NCBI RefSeq assembly: GCF_018350175.1
Contig: NC_058368.1
Span: 44,270,001 to 44,334,000 of the forward strand
DNA length: 64,000 nt
From: Felis catus
Taxonomy: Eukaryota
Reading direction: 5' to 3'
Position 1 is the stretch's first letter. Each line of letters starts with the position of its first letter. Below the pieces are notes generated by a model that was not told the origin of the DNA, did not search any database, and worked only from the letters and a program-made list of their open reading frames with translations. This document shows, piece by piece, positions 13,393-26,776 of the stretch. A program made the position numbers and the translations under genes.

Positions 13393-14065
13393 GATTACAA
13401 ATAAGATATGAAGGTCGGTTAAAAATAATGACATGGGTTCTTAATTTAAGAATGGTATTTAAAAAAAATATATTATGTATATCTTCAAAACATGCAGAAG
13501 ATAACATAACAAGATAACAATAACAAAGAAAAAGAAAAAAAGAAATATCAAAGGCAAGATGATACAGTGTAGCAGATTTAAAAAAATAATATAACTGAAA
13601 ATTTAAATCCTAATAAAATAGGTGGTACCTTAGTATAAATGGATTGAGCTCCCAAGTCCCTTCAAATGGCATTAAACATGCAAAATAAATAATAAGCAAA
13701 CCAAAAATAGATCTTAATATTCAAAATAACTTTATTTAAAAAGATGTATGAAAAATTCGTGAGCTAAAACAATCTTGGGAATCAGTATTAATATCTGATA
13801 TATAAAAACATAATTTAAAGCAAAAATAAATGTATAGAAAATAGTCATATATTGGTAAAATAAAGAATAGAGAAAGAATATCTAACCATCATATATTTGT
13901 AGCTAACTGAAAACATATGTCAAAACATAAGTGAATCAGTTACCAAAACTGAAGAAATATTGTATCTACATTTGTAGCAGAAAATTTTTTAACTTGCCTA
14001 ACTCAGAAACTAATAGATTAACTGACAAAAATTAGTAAGTAGTAATATTAAGACCTAAACAATAT

Positions 14066-14296
14066 GGGGTGCCTGGGTGGCTCAGTTGGTTAAGAGTCAG
14101 ACTCGGTCTCAGTCATGATCCCATGGTTTGTGAGTCTGAGCCTTGCCTTGGGCTGGCTCTATGCTGATAGCTCAGAGCCTGGAGCCTGCTTCAGATTCTG
14201 TGTCTTCCTATCTCCCTTTCTCTCTGCCCCTTTCCCACTCACACTCTGTCTTTTTCTGTCTCTGTCAAAAATAAACAAAATTAAAAAAAAATTTAA
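14066..14296 (+). mobile_element. CAN-SINE (older felid type)
   Basis: Head, CT body and A tail. TSD cctaaa(c/t)aatat. Confidence 0.95.
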
Positions 14297-14387
14297 AAAC
14301 CCTAAATAATATAATTGTTAAAGCTAGAAAGGTGACATCACAAATGGAAAATATTCAAAGGAGAATGAATACTTTCTTCCTAAGTAC

Positions 14388-15054
14388 TGTGGGGAAATGT
14401 AACTACAAACATAATCTTTCAAACCGGAAAGAAGGTAGTAGAGAAAACAGTTTTTATCATAAATAAGCATAAAACCATACTGTAATTCGTATCATAGGTA
14501 ATCCTCCAAGAGACCGCAAAGACAGAAGGAAATCTCCCCCTTTTATATGTAGCCAACCATATACATTCCATTACAGACATATTTCTAGATAAATAGTAAC
14601 TAGTCTTCAAGTAAGAGGATTTGACAGTGCCATTTCGCACACCTGGTATTTACTTGGTAATTGGGGTGATCACCTATGTTAGCTAATTGGCTTTATTCAA
14701 AGGAGAAACAAACCACATTTGTTTATGACAGGAAGTAGTTTTGCAAATTTGGAGTTAGGTGCCCACCAAAGGCTTCCACCATCCTACTAGAAACCGGGAG
14801 ATCCTGTGGCCATCTTCCTTGATGTTTACATTTGAAAGAGATGTTTCTTGAATCTTAAGAAAGGCATTGTGTGTCTTAGAACTGACAAAAGGTCTATGTA
14901 GTTTTCAAAAGGATTTATGTACGTATTAAAGAGAGGAGAACTTACTTAAAGTTCATGGTGTTTTCTAAGTGAAAAAGAAAAGAAGGGAGATTTCTTACCT
15001 TATTTTCCATAGGGTGAATTAAGTTTTTATTTTTAATTTTCATTTGTCCTTATA
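14388..15054 (-). mobile_element. ERV1-class solo LTR inserted in old L1
   Basis: TG start on +. Minus-strand start 'tataaggacaaatgaaaattaaaaataa' is MER72/MER49-like as recalled. Flanked by gtac/gcac 4-bp TSD-like pair. Confidence 0.6.
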
Positions 15055-15793
15055 GCACACAGATGATTTTTATACAAATAGAAGCTAGAGTATATGCTAG
15101 GTTATGAAAGTAGCTCAAAATTTCAAATAAAACCTCTTATCTAGACTATATTACCTCAGAATAATGAACTGTAATGATAGAATAACAAGAACGCCTGAAA
15201 ATGTCCCATACCTGTGAAAATTAAATTATACAGTATTGCGATATTTGAGCTAAGAAGAAGGCATGGTAAAGTTAAAAAGGAAATTAAGAAAAGCTTAGAG
15301 TTGACTAATAACAGCTTGAAGAGAAAAACTTATGTAACCTAAGGCAAAATATGAATTAACTTTAGATTTATTAAGAAATAAAAGCTAAAACCAGAAGCAT
15401 TCAGAATTTAACAAGAAAAAAAAAACAAAGCAATAGAGTAACCTACAGAAAAGAGGCCAAAATTCACATTAAATATGAAGGACAAAAATTAATAAAATTG
15501 AGAACAATAAAAACAAATTTAGGAATAACAAGGGAGGTATTTAAAAATAATCAAGATAGCACTCTGACAATACTAATGATATCACATTAACGTTTTAATA
15601 TATTTATCTATGTAAATGAACAGAAATAAAAGATAAGATGATAAATCATACATATGTTAATACGTTTTTTTGAAATCTAGATAAAATGGCTAAATTCCTA
15701 GAAACATGCAAAATCAGTGCAAAAAATAGAGAAATTGCAAGTAACCATTAAAAATGAATTGGTAGTACATAGCTTTTTAGTAATGATAACTTC

Positions 15794-16184
15794 TGGGAAA
15801 GAATTTCAATTTAAAATGAAACCTGAAGTTATGAGATACAGAATTTCACCTTATGCCTTCAGAAGAATAGCACTTAAGAACCAAGAGATTGATTTTCATT
15901 TAATGCCTTAGAGAAGACCAAGACTTATCTCCTGTCCAGTGAACATCCACCAAGAATCTCTCCCCATCCTCAAGCCAATGTATTTACTGCTTGGACTCTG
16001 GCTGGACATCCGGTTTGCATTCCAAGCCCATAAATACAGCCTGCCCTAAACCCTCAAGACAGACCTGTACTAATTATGGCATGCATTTCCCCAATTGGCC
16101 ATTCCTCTGCTATTCCCAAATAAACTCAATCTCTGGTAATCTGAGTTTGCCTCAGTTTACATCTTTTTTTTTTTTAGGCTGACA
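15794..16184 (+). mobile_element. ERV1-class solo LTR
   Basis: TATA-like 'cataaata', 'aataaactc' polyA signal and terminal 'ttaggctgaca'. Confidence 0.6.
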
Positions 16185-16457
16185 ACTCAAATAGTTTAAG
16201 CAGTAAAACACATCAAATTTTTGAGCAAAATACTATCTCTATATTACATGTTTTTCCTGAATATATGCAACAAAACAAAACAAGTGTCATTGCGCCGTTA
16301 AAAGCAGGATTCACCTCAATTTACTTGGCTACATATGACTATCATGAATCAAAAAATAACTTATTAGTTGCCTATTTAATATATGAGTGGAGGTGACCAA
16401 TTTCTAAACTATAAACTAAAGTAATTCAATTACACAATTTTAAAGAAATATATTTTC

Positions 16458-17600
16458 AGGTGGAGATCCAGGTTTTATGAAGCCTGAGGTATATGAAACT
16501 TTTACTTTCTTTCAGGTTACATTGTTGACTTCCACCAAGATATTTGCCATCATGTTTGCATTTTAGCATGACACCAATAATTTATTTAAAAATTCACAGA
16601 AATTCTAAGTATCTATATCAAATGTTTAAATTTCCCTATATTACATCTGCCTATATATTTCCACATATTTGTATAATCAAGTTACTATTTTATAGCATGC
16701 ATTTACTTACTAATAAGTATTTGTTGGCATTTTATCAATGAACACTTTTATCTTCAGGCAGTCTTTTGTGTCAATAGCAACCTCATGGCACTTAATATGA
16801 AGTTGATGACTTAGAATATTTTGTGTCAGTTATGCTAAATTGTATCCAATAACGCTGATGATTCATAATCATGAGGTTTCACACACAGACATACTTACTG
16901 TTTGTATATATTCCCTGTCCTCTCTAAATAAAAATACAGTCTACTTCTCATAATTCATACAGCAAAAAAAAAAAAAAATTGGCTTATTTGTATTGTATGC
17001 ACTGCATTACCAAATACATTTCTGACAAAGAGAACTTCAATTTGGAATAGGCTTCAATGAAAACCATACACTCTTCTCAGGAGAAAAACAAAAATGTGTC
17101 TAGATTTTCTGGCTCTGTACGTTTCAGATCATGCAGGGCTGAATGACATAGGTCACAGTCATCTCAGTACATCCTCCCTCGTTCATATCTTGATGCCAGA
17201 TGAGACTGCACAGTGGGAAGACGTTTCTACAATAGGATGACCAGCAAAACTGAATGGTACTTAGAAATAACTAGGACGTCCTCATGTAACAACTCCCACA
17301 TATGACTCCAGAAATAACTATGATCCATACAAAAGTATCGGTTAAATCCAAGCTAAATGTGATACCAACAAATGGGGTAACCTTCAAAGGGAAGTGCAAA
17401 TACAGACATCCATCATGTAGTACTATGTATTGGTTAGAAGTAGCCGACAGGACATAGGTATAAACACAACAATACAAACATAAACACAAAAAGCATTTAG
17501 ATGAAAATCTTAATGTATTTTAGAACACATATTAACAAAAGTATCCATATTGACACATTATAATAATTTTCCATGTGAGGAAAATAAATGGGAGTGAAAA
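16458..17600. mobile_element. hAT-Tip100 DNA transposon relic (Zaphod/MER115-like)
   Basis: Start 'caggtggagatccaggttttatgaagcctgaggtatat' resembles the recalled MER115/Zaphod terminus. Extent uncertain. Confidence 0.4.
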
Positions 17601-17630
17601 ATAGAATAATTTTAAAATAAAACTGCTACA

Positions 17631-17836
17631 GGGGAGCCTAGGTAGCTCAGTCACTTAAGTGGCTGATTCCAGCTCAGGTCATGATCCCAGGGTTGTGAGA
17701 TCCTGCCCAAGTCAGGCTCTGCGCTGAGTGCGAAGCCTGCTTGGGGTTCGTTCCCTCTCTCTCTCTCCCCCCACCTCTGCCTCTCTCCCTCACTCATGCA
17801 CTCTCTCTCTCTCTCAAAAAAAAAAAAAAAAAAAAA
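17631..17836 (+). mobile_element. CAN-SINE (older)
   Basis: Head 'ggggagcctaggtagctcag', CT body and long polyA. Confidence 0.93.
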
Positions 17837-18057
17837 GGAAAATGAGATATTTATGGAACTACAATCTTCAGCTTTTCTTAACATGGGACCTATTCACAAA
17901 GCATCTTTAAATGTCAAAATCACTCAGAAGTTAGAAAATCCTTGTTTCTATGTTATAATTAGTTATACAAAATTAGGTTGGTAATGAACTTGCCTAAAAA
18001 TACATTTAAACTTTCTCTAAGAATAAATAAACGTTTTTAACAAAATAATTTAAAACT

Positions 18058-18245
18058 GGGGTGCCTGGGTGGCTCAGTGGGTTAAGCATCTGACCCTTGA
18101 TTTCAGCTCAGGTCATGATCTCACGCTTCCTGAATTCAAGCCCCACTTAAGGCTCTGTGCTGACCTAGAGGAACCTGCATGGGATTCTCTCTCTCACACA
18201 CTCTCTCTGTCTGTCTCTCTGAAAATAAATAACTAAATATTTAAA
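18058..18245 (+). mobile_element. CAN-SINE (older)
   Basis: Head 'ggggtgcctgggtggctcag', CT body and aataaa tail. Confidence 0.93.
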
Positions 18246-18258
18246 CATTGTTAAAATA

Positions 18259-18486
18259 GGGGTGCCTGGGGCGCCTGGGTGTCTCAGTGGGTTAGGCATC
18301 TGACTTCTGCTCAGATCACGATCTCAAGGTTCAGGAGTTTGAGTCCCGCATCGAGCTCTGAGCTGTCAGCACAGAGCTTGCTTCTGATTCTGTCTCCCTC
18401 TCTCTCTGCCCCTCCCTCGCACTCTCTGTATCTCTATGCCACCCCTCCCCCATCTCTATCTATTCTGTCTAGGACACAGAAATAAA
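18259..18486 (+). mobile_element. CAN-SINE with duplicated 9-nt head
   Basis: 'ggggtgcct ggggcgcctgggtgtctcag...'. Confidence 0.9.
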
Positions 18487-19519
18487 CTGGAGACAGGAGA
18501 ATGCCAAAAATCTTTATGAGGTCTAGGTTTTAAAGAATTTTCAGATTCTGATTAGTCTCCCCAAAAAACCCATTCAAAAATACAGATAATAAAGAAGTCT
18601 TTCAAAAGGAGTTTTCAGTATTACCATCCCCCTTTTCTTTTATAATAGGATCAAATATTTCTCAGCTTTACTTCTACCTTTCACAAACATTACCAAAACA
18701 TGAAGAAAGGAAGAATGAACAAGTGTCATGCACATGGTGATCCTCCTTTACATTTCTTTTGTATCTGTATTCCATTGATAGTTTGAGTTTTAATTTCAAT
18801 TTTTTTTATTTTTTAAGTTTGATTTCAATTTCCCTAGCAAGGCGTTCAGCTATATTTTTATTTCTTATGGAAGCTTCAAATTGGCTTTAACCCTATAAAA
18901 TTGCATTTATATATTTCTTGCCTGGCTTCTATTTGTTCGGTGTCTCTATTTTCATGTTAGTTTTCATGAAAAAAAATTCTTTAAGGAAACCGTCTTGCCA
19001 TTAGTTTCTGTGAAATGCCTTAAAATTATTTCTTGGCAATTCTCCAGTTTTCTGGGGGGTATTTTTCTGATATTCTTAAATATCCTTTTCTCTTGACACT
19101 TTATTCATTTATAGCATCTTTACATAGTGTAACATAGCCCACTATAACAATGGTTGTGTTGATTTCTTTACAGTTATTATACTCCTTTGGGAGTGAGTAA
19201 ACAGCTGTTTGTTGAGGTATTCTGGGAAGAAATGGGAGTGATACAGTGAACTTAATGAAACTTAAAATCCTTCTCATAAAATCATCCATGTTCTCTTTTC
19301 TAGTAGCATGCACCCTCTCTGCTCTTATAGATGTAGGTAGCTAATATTAAATCCCAGGTATTCAGGGCTTTTTAAATGTAATAGTCATTGTTTTCTGTCT
19401 TTTCTTCTCCAGGTTCCATATATACAAGACTTCTCAGACAGGAAAGTGTTTTGATCCTTCCTTTCTTCCTTTCTCTCTCCCTTTCCCCTCCCGCTCTTCC
19501 TTACCTCTTTCCTTTTTCC

Positions 19520-19962
19520 TGTATATTAAGTGCATTTTACACAAAGTGAAATGCATAGTTCTTAAGTGTGAAGCTTGGAGAATATTAACCTATGTCTATT
19601 CCTGGGTAAACACCGCCCAGATTGAAACAAAGACTATTTCCATCCACCCAGGGAGTTCCCTCCTGTCCCTGACACTCAATTCTCCCACCTGCCTTCATAA
19701 ACACTCCTTAGAGTGTATTAAAATAAATTAGTTTTGCTATTCTAGAAATTCATATACATGTAGTCATATCATATAAACATTAACCTCTTTGGCTCAAGTT
19801 ATTGTCATTAATTTAAATCCATGTAGTTTATGTGTCACTTTCATTTCTGTATAGCATTCAATAGAAGTAATTTACAATTTGTTTATCTGTTCTGATGATG
19901 GGCATTTGGGCTGTTTCCAATTTTTGGTTATTGTAAATAAAATTGCTATGAATAATTTGTAA

Positions 19963-19998
<36 letters not shown>

Positions 19999-20900
19999 AT
20001 ATGTTCTCATTTCTTGCATGTATATTTTTGGAGTGGAACTGCTAAGTGTGAAGGAATACACTCAAATTTAATGGAAACTGAAATTTTGTATTGCATTTTT
20101 TGTTGTTTATACTCCCACTAAACACGCATGAGCAATTCCGTTACTCCATTTCCACTCATTCAGTTGGTTTTATCAGTCTTTTGAATTCTAGTTATTCTGC
20201 TGAGACAGTGGTAATGCAATGTGGCTTAAATTTGTATTCAAGTAAACCTGTCATTAGTAAACTAATGATGTTGGGCTACTGCAGGAAAATGAATATTGAA
20301 GGCTTTTACCACGTTTTAAAACTGGATTATCTGAATTTGTCTTATCAGTTTGTGGGATTTCCTGAAATATTTTAAATATAAGGCTTTTGCCAGATAATAT
20401 ATTGCATTTATTTTCTTCCACTCTTTGACTTGCCTTTTAGTTTTCTTAATGATCTTTCATGAACATTTAAATTATTTCATTTAAAATCTTTCATTATATT
20501 ATAATGCCTAACTTTTATGACTTTTTAAACTTACCTAAGGCAGCATCACCACCCAAACTTGGGTCACAAAACCATTTTTCTTGGCTTTACTCTAGAAGCT
20601 TTACTGTTTTAAATTTTATATTTAAATTGATGATCCATTTCAAATGAAATTTTGTGTATGGTGTGAGATATGAGATAAAGGTAACTTTTAGCCATGTGGA
20701 TATTCAGTTGCCCCTCCAAGATTTATTAAGAATATGTTATTTTTTCCTGGAATTTCATTTGTTTCATTATCAAATATCAAGTGGCTACACATGCGTACAT
20801 TTATTTTTGAAATAGTATATTTGTATTTTGTTAATCTGTCCATTCTTGTGTCAGTACCACATTCTCTAAATTATAATATTTTATGCAACAGCTTAGATCT
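19520..20900 (-). mobile_element. Old L1 3' end (L1MC/MD/ME-like)
   Basis: 'aaagtgaaatgcatagttcttaagtgt', 'gatgggcatttgggctgtttccaatttttggttatt' and 'tccatttcaaatgaaattttgtgtatggtgtgag'. Confidence 0.75.
19966..19996. repeat. (TG)n microsatellite
   Basis: Seen directly. Confidence 0.95.
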
Positions 20901-21774
20901 ATATCAAAGAATTATGCTAAGTAAAAATGAGTCTCAGTAATATATGCCTCCATTTATATAACAAAGTAAAATAATAAAATATAGAGATGAAGAATGGAGT
21001 AGTAATTTCCAGAGGTTATCAGAATTAATACTATATTGTTCTATAGATAAAACTTACATTTTAAAAATATGTTCTCTAAATAGTTCATGATATCCATGTA
21101 TTATCATTATAATAAACTTGCTTTAAAATTAATATGTCAAAAATTAGCATGATGTATAAAGAATAAATACTAATGTGTTAAGTAATAACATTTAACATAA
21201 TTATTGAGAAAAATCTGCAGTTTTTACCCTTACTTTCACCAGGATTTTGGTGTCATATGAAGATAATTAACAAAAATTCTTGGAACACACAAGAAATGTC
21301 TCAGTGAAAATAACTGAAAAAATAAGGATGTATGAAAAGAAATGATGTGCAAATGGACAGTCTAAAAATTTCAGTCACAGGGCAAAAGTATACATATTTC
21401 TACATTGATAATCCAACCATAATCAATCTTAATTACCTAAATTAAATTCAGTCCCTAAAACAATAATGTAAAATCATTACTATCTTCCATGACACAAGGA
21501 TTCTTATTGTTCAACAAATGTTAAAATACAATTAAAATTTAATAATCCTTTATAGGATTTAAGTACATATGAAGTGATAAAGTTAATATGGTTAATTCAT
21601 TAAGAAGGTTTTCACAATTATTTTTCTTTAAAGTTAATAACTTTTGTTCATGAAATGTTAATATTCTTAGTATCTATGATTTTTCACTAGCATATATTCT
21701 AGCTTATATATTTTTCCAGATTGTTTAGTCATTTACTCTAAGCTAGTGATAATTTATATATAGCCTTTTCAGCT

Positions 21775-21868
21775 AATATATATATATGTATATATGAACA
21801 CATACATATATATACATATATTTATATATATATATACATAGATATATAGATATATAGATATATATATG
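21775..21868. repeat. (TA)-rich compound microsatellite
   Basis: Seen directly. Confidence 0.9.
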
Positions 21869-23699
21869 CTACTTTTGTCAATTAGCAGAATGCCAATAAA
21901 TAATTGTGTTGTAAAAATATTCAAATATAGTTTTAGGTAATGTTGAAATTAAGGAAAATATTACTATGTTATGAAAATATAACTGCTAAGGATGGAGAAG
22001 GAAACAATTTGAAAGTTCATCCTGCTAATTTTCTTGGTAATGCATAAAATATCCCTTATTAACAATTTTCTATCATTCAAATATCTATAACTGTCCTGTC
22101 AACACTCCTTCACTTCTTAGCCTTCAGCACTGTGTACTTGGTGAAAGTCTCATGGAAACAAATTGACAAAAAATTTTGAGTTCACTCCACATCTTAGACT
22201 CGTTGGGGCTCTAAACTTTCACACTAACCAATGCTTGCTACTAAAGCTTAAGAAATTTTGTCTTTACGCCAGCAAATGTCCTCTGTCCCTGTGTGTTTGC
22301 ACCTTTTCTCCCTGTGAGTCAGCGACGTAAGGGTTACTTGATCTATTTTCTCTTAACAAGTGTTTACTCCTCTGCATGTTGCTTCATTTATATTACTAAG
22401 AAGCTATTATTTTGCAACATATTTAATTTTCTGCAATGTTAGGATGGAGTGAAAGACTGCAAATTTCAACACTGTAACCTGAAGAAGTCTGTATTATTTA
22501 TTGAATAAGTAAATAAAATGGATATTTACTCGGGAATGAACTACAGAATTCACCTATAAGGACATAAGAAATCCTGAGCAAATTATAAAACCAGTTGTAG
22601 AGTTTATAGGTGAGTTTTATTAAAACATGGGATGGAATACTTTTGTTATTTAAACCTTTCCAGAATCCAGAACATAATTTTAAAATCTCAGCTTATTATT
22701 ATGCAGAAATAAATCAGATACAAAATTGAACACAGTCCATAAAATGTAAACCACAGCACAAGTTTATGTATGATCAAAGTCGGCACTGGTATTTAGCCAG
22801 TTAACAACACAAGAACCAGAATAATTACTAACTGGTTTTGTATCTTCTGTAGCAGTTGTGGTTGTGTTTAATTCTATTCTTTCTGTCTGGCAAGTGTCAA
22901 ACTTTATTGGCCGATGCTTTCTATAGTAGGCATTAATTTTTAAAACTGAGTGTTATATTTCTATGCTTATTTCCACCCTGTAGTTTATAATATTGTCATT
23001 TATTTCTGAATGCTGTGTTATACATCTGTCTTTCTAAAATAGTTTTATTCTGATTATTCTTTAATGAGAATAATATCTGGTATTCACTGGTTAAAAATAT
23101 TATCTTAATCATAAAATCTGCCTGTTTCTAAATGACATTCTGTGTTACTGCCCTGTGAGATGATTCCTCTTTCATTCTAATACTATTTAAATTAATAGTG
23201 CCATAAAAGATGTTTTGATATTACATCAGACAACTTCCTTCTCGTTGCTCTTTTTTCACACTGCCATTGGCTTTCTCTGCACATACTCTCTTTTGGTTAT
23301 ACTTTAAAATAATCTTGTTTTATTAAGTTCCTTTAGAATTGAACTGAACTATTATGTTATTTTTGGAATCATTAACATCTTTGAGTAATTCCATGCAGAA
23401 AATAAACAGTGTGTCTTCTCATTTATGTAAATATTTCCTTGCTTCTTAGTAGTATTTTAGAGTTTTTAAAATATGTATATAGATACCACATAGTTCTTCC
23501 TAAGTTTACTTTTAGATTTTATCTGTTTTTTACGTTTGTGAGTGAGGTATTTTTAAATTACTCTTTTCTAAATACTAAATGCTTATCTCTAAAAAAGCTT
23601 TTTTATATTAGTGGGGTACTAGAGAATAAGCCCAATCTACTGAATTACTTTACTTATTCTAATTACTAGTATTGATAAACAGTAAAAGAGATGGAAAAT

Positions 23700-24540
23700 A
23701 CAGAAAGACCAATTACTCTGGAGGCAATTTGGGAATGTTGTCAAAGATTGACTTTTCCCAAAGAGCACTGGGCTCCAAAGCCAATTCTTTGAAAACTTCA
23801 GGAATAGATAATGCCAAATGTTATTTAAACTGCTTCAGAGCCCAGCAAGAAAAGAGGAGCTTTGAAATTCTTTTAACAGAGTCAGTATGATATTGATGCC
23901 AAAACCTAAAAGTACAGAATAATCTCACTTGGGAATACTGAAGCAAATATCTTAAATAAAATATTATAAAGTAGAAGACAGAAAAACTTTCAAAGGATTA
24001 TGCAGCATAGCAAATAGGGCTTTATTTCATGGTTCAATCATAGGAAATCTATTTCTGTATTTCAAAATATTTGTGTCAATAGAAAAATACAACCTTTGTA
24101 GAGGACAGAATGTCACTGGATAAAATCAAATGAGATATGTATTTAAATTAGAGATATACAGATATATGTTAAATCAACAATCAGAAACAAGCTTTAAAGT
24201 GCAACACTAAATGAATATAACTACCATAGGCCTGGTTTTATAGAAGCTCAACAATGATGCTAGAGACTAATGTGAAGAGACATTAAAAGGCTAAATTTGG
24301 CAAGGGAGATTCAAAATCATTATCTGGTATCATACACCTGAAAATTTGAAGAAAATCAGTTAAAAAACTAATAGATATTATATTAATATTTATAAAGCTA
24401 ATATACAAAGATCAGTTTATTTTCTACATTTATCACTTACTGAGTAGATCATGCAATAGAAGAAATAATTTTATTTCCAACAAGAACGTAACTATAAAAA
24501 TACCTAAAGATGAATCAACAAGAAATGTTGATAACTTTTC
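23700..24540 (+). mobile_element. Ancient L1 ORF2 remnant
   Basis: Decayed RT-region phrases such as 'gaagcaaatatcttaaataaaatatta' and 'ggttcaatcataggaaatctatt'. Confidence 0.55.
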
Positions 24541-24696
24541 CTGAAGGTGTATTTCTATTGGTGTCAATTTTTGAATCTGTTTACATCTTCTGATTTATAA
24601 GATTATAAATCATGTTTTACCTGATTAACCAGTCATTAAACAAAGGGAGTAACAAAGAAAACAAACCCTTGTGTACTAAGTGGAAAAAGGACAGTA

Positions 24697-24698
<2 letters not shown>

Positions 24699-24730
<32 letters not shown>
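24699..24730. repeat. (CA)n microsatellite
   Basis: Seen directly. Confidence 0.95.
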
Positions 24731-24732
<2 letters not shown>

Positions 24733-24983
24733 TACACAAATATACAGTTACATTTCTCCAATTTCTTGCAATATGAGTGGTTTTCATGTATTTATTAATA
24801 TTTGTATTTATTCTTTCCAGAATTGCATTTTCTTAAAATTTGTATCTTTTACAACTGGGTTAGAGTGTTCTTCATTGATTCAAGGAGATCTTTATATATT
24901 GTTAACATTATTCTGTAGTCAGTTATATGCATACTAATATTTTCTATAACCATTTACTACTTTTCTTATTTGCTTATTGTGCC

Positions 24984-25226
24984 TTTTTAAGTTTTTAAGT
25001 TTTTAAAATTATTTTTAATATGATTACTTATTTATGAGAGAGAGAGAGGGAGAAGTGGGAGGGGGCAGAGAGGGAGAGAGAGAGAGAGAGAGAGACAGAA
25101 TCTGAAGCAGACTCCAGGCTCTGAGCTGTCAGCATAGAGCCTGACGCAGGGCTCGAACTCATGAACCACAAGATCATGACCTGAGCCAACGTCGATTGCT
25201 TAACCAACTGAGCCACCTGGGTGTAT
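24984..25226 (-). mobile_element. CAN-SINE
   Basis: T-tail, (GA)n and reverse head 'taaccaactgagccacctgggtg'. Confidence 0.93.
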
Positions 25227-26776
25227 CTGTGTTGTTTTTTCATAAAGAGAGATCATATGGGTACAATTTAAAAGTTTTATGGCATATATATCAATATCGA
25301 TATATATGTCAGGGTGACTGATGGGACTAATTGATCTACATTAAGAACATTTTGATTTTTGATAGTTTTTAGTTCAACTGTATATACATTTTCCAAATAT
25401 TTTTATTTTTTCAATGTTACACAGACAAATATGCATATGGTTGCAAGATTAATGGATATTGGGAACAGCATGGAAGCTTTTTGTGTGTCTCGCGTCCATG
25501 AAATACAGCCAGACCAACAATAAACCATCCTACACACCTAGAAAACTGATTGGAGGATTAACACAACAATCTTCACAACCTGAACCACAGAATTCAGCAG
25601 GTATGAGGCACAGAAAAATGAACTTGGGGAGCGAGAAGCTGCGAAAGGTGGGGAACCTCTTTTGTGGGTGGAGAAAAGACAGAGACTGGGAGGGGAGGAG
25701 CATACAGGAAAAGCATCCCTCCCCAAAAGCAGCTGGAGAGAAAATGGAAAATTGGAAACAGCCATAGGGACTAAACTATAAAGGGAGAAAGGAGAGGGTT
25801 TAAATTCCATTAAGACTGTAAACAAAGGGAGCACAAAGGCTGCAACTCCCCAGCTCAATTCCTGGCAGTGCTCTCGTGGGAAGGACGAATCTCCAGGAAC
25901 AGAATGGGGTCCAGGAGGTTCTCAGGCCACACAGGGAAAAGAGGTTCCACTGCTGGGAAGACATTTGGTAGAAACTGTTGAAGCCACCTGGTCCCAGCAG
26001 ACCCTGGAAGGCAGCCACATGCGCTGGTGCTGGGGCAAGGTCATTGAGGGTGAAGCCTGGTGCCAGATGTGTGTTGTGATTTTCCATAATCCCTGAAATG
26101 GTGCTGCTACTCTGTCTCGCGAACTTTTTCTGGGGTGGGCCGGCACCTGGCCACAGTCTCGGGGCACCAGCAACAGCACGGTCCAGCGGGCGTTCCTGGG
26201 TGCAGCTGATATTTGTCCATTGCTCATTAGGCCATTGCTTGGTGAGACCCTCCCGCAGAGGGGCAGAATGGGTCAAAGCTGCAGTCCTTCAGAAGTAAGG
26301 GGCTGGGGAAAACAGCCGCATCTGAGACAAAACTCGGGAAAGAGGTACTGCCTGGGGCCTGGTCATGGAGAGTGAAAAAGTGGGGAGTGGATGAGAGCTA
26401 AAGAAAGAGAAATGGTGTGCGATTGCTGATCCAGGAGAACAGACTGGGTAGCTGGGTGGCGCCATTTTCACTGTTCCCGCGCATGTGCATATGCACCTAG
26501 GAGCATCACAACAATCCAACTCAGTAGGCTAGCCGCAGCATCTAGTGGAGAGTGGAGCTGTTACACCGAGCCGTGCCTAACTGGGCCAACTTCACTCTTC
26601 AAGAACACAAACCTCACCACCGGCTTAATCTATGGACTATAAAGAGCTAAATAGATTGACTTCTAGGGGAAAACAAAGCAATTTCAGTGCTACTTCAATC
26701 TGTTAGCAGGTTCATCTGTTCAATTTTTTTTCTCTCTCCCTTTTTCTTTTTCTCTTTTACAAATCTTTTCTTTTCC

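Larger units (their letters stand above)
12160..16260 (+). mobile_element. Ancient L1M ORF1/ORF2 remnant interrupted by SINEs and LTRs
   Basis: A-rich. Endonuclease-region-like 'ttcttcctaagtac|gcacacagatgatttttatacaaatag' continues across the LTR insertion. Confidence 0.55.

Noticed and set aside
13079..13507. 142-aa minus-strand ORF
   Set aside because: It stays open because of the (TA)n/(TG)n microsatellite (YIYIYI, CVCV); low complexity.
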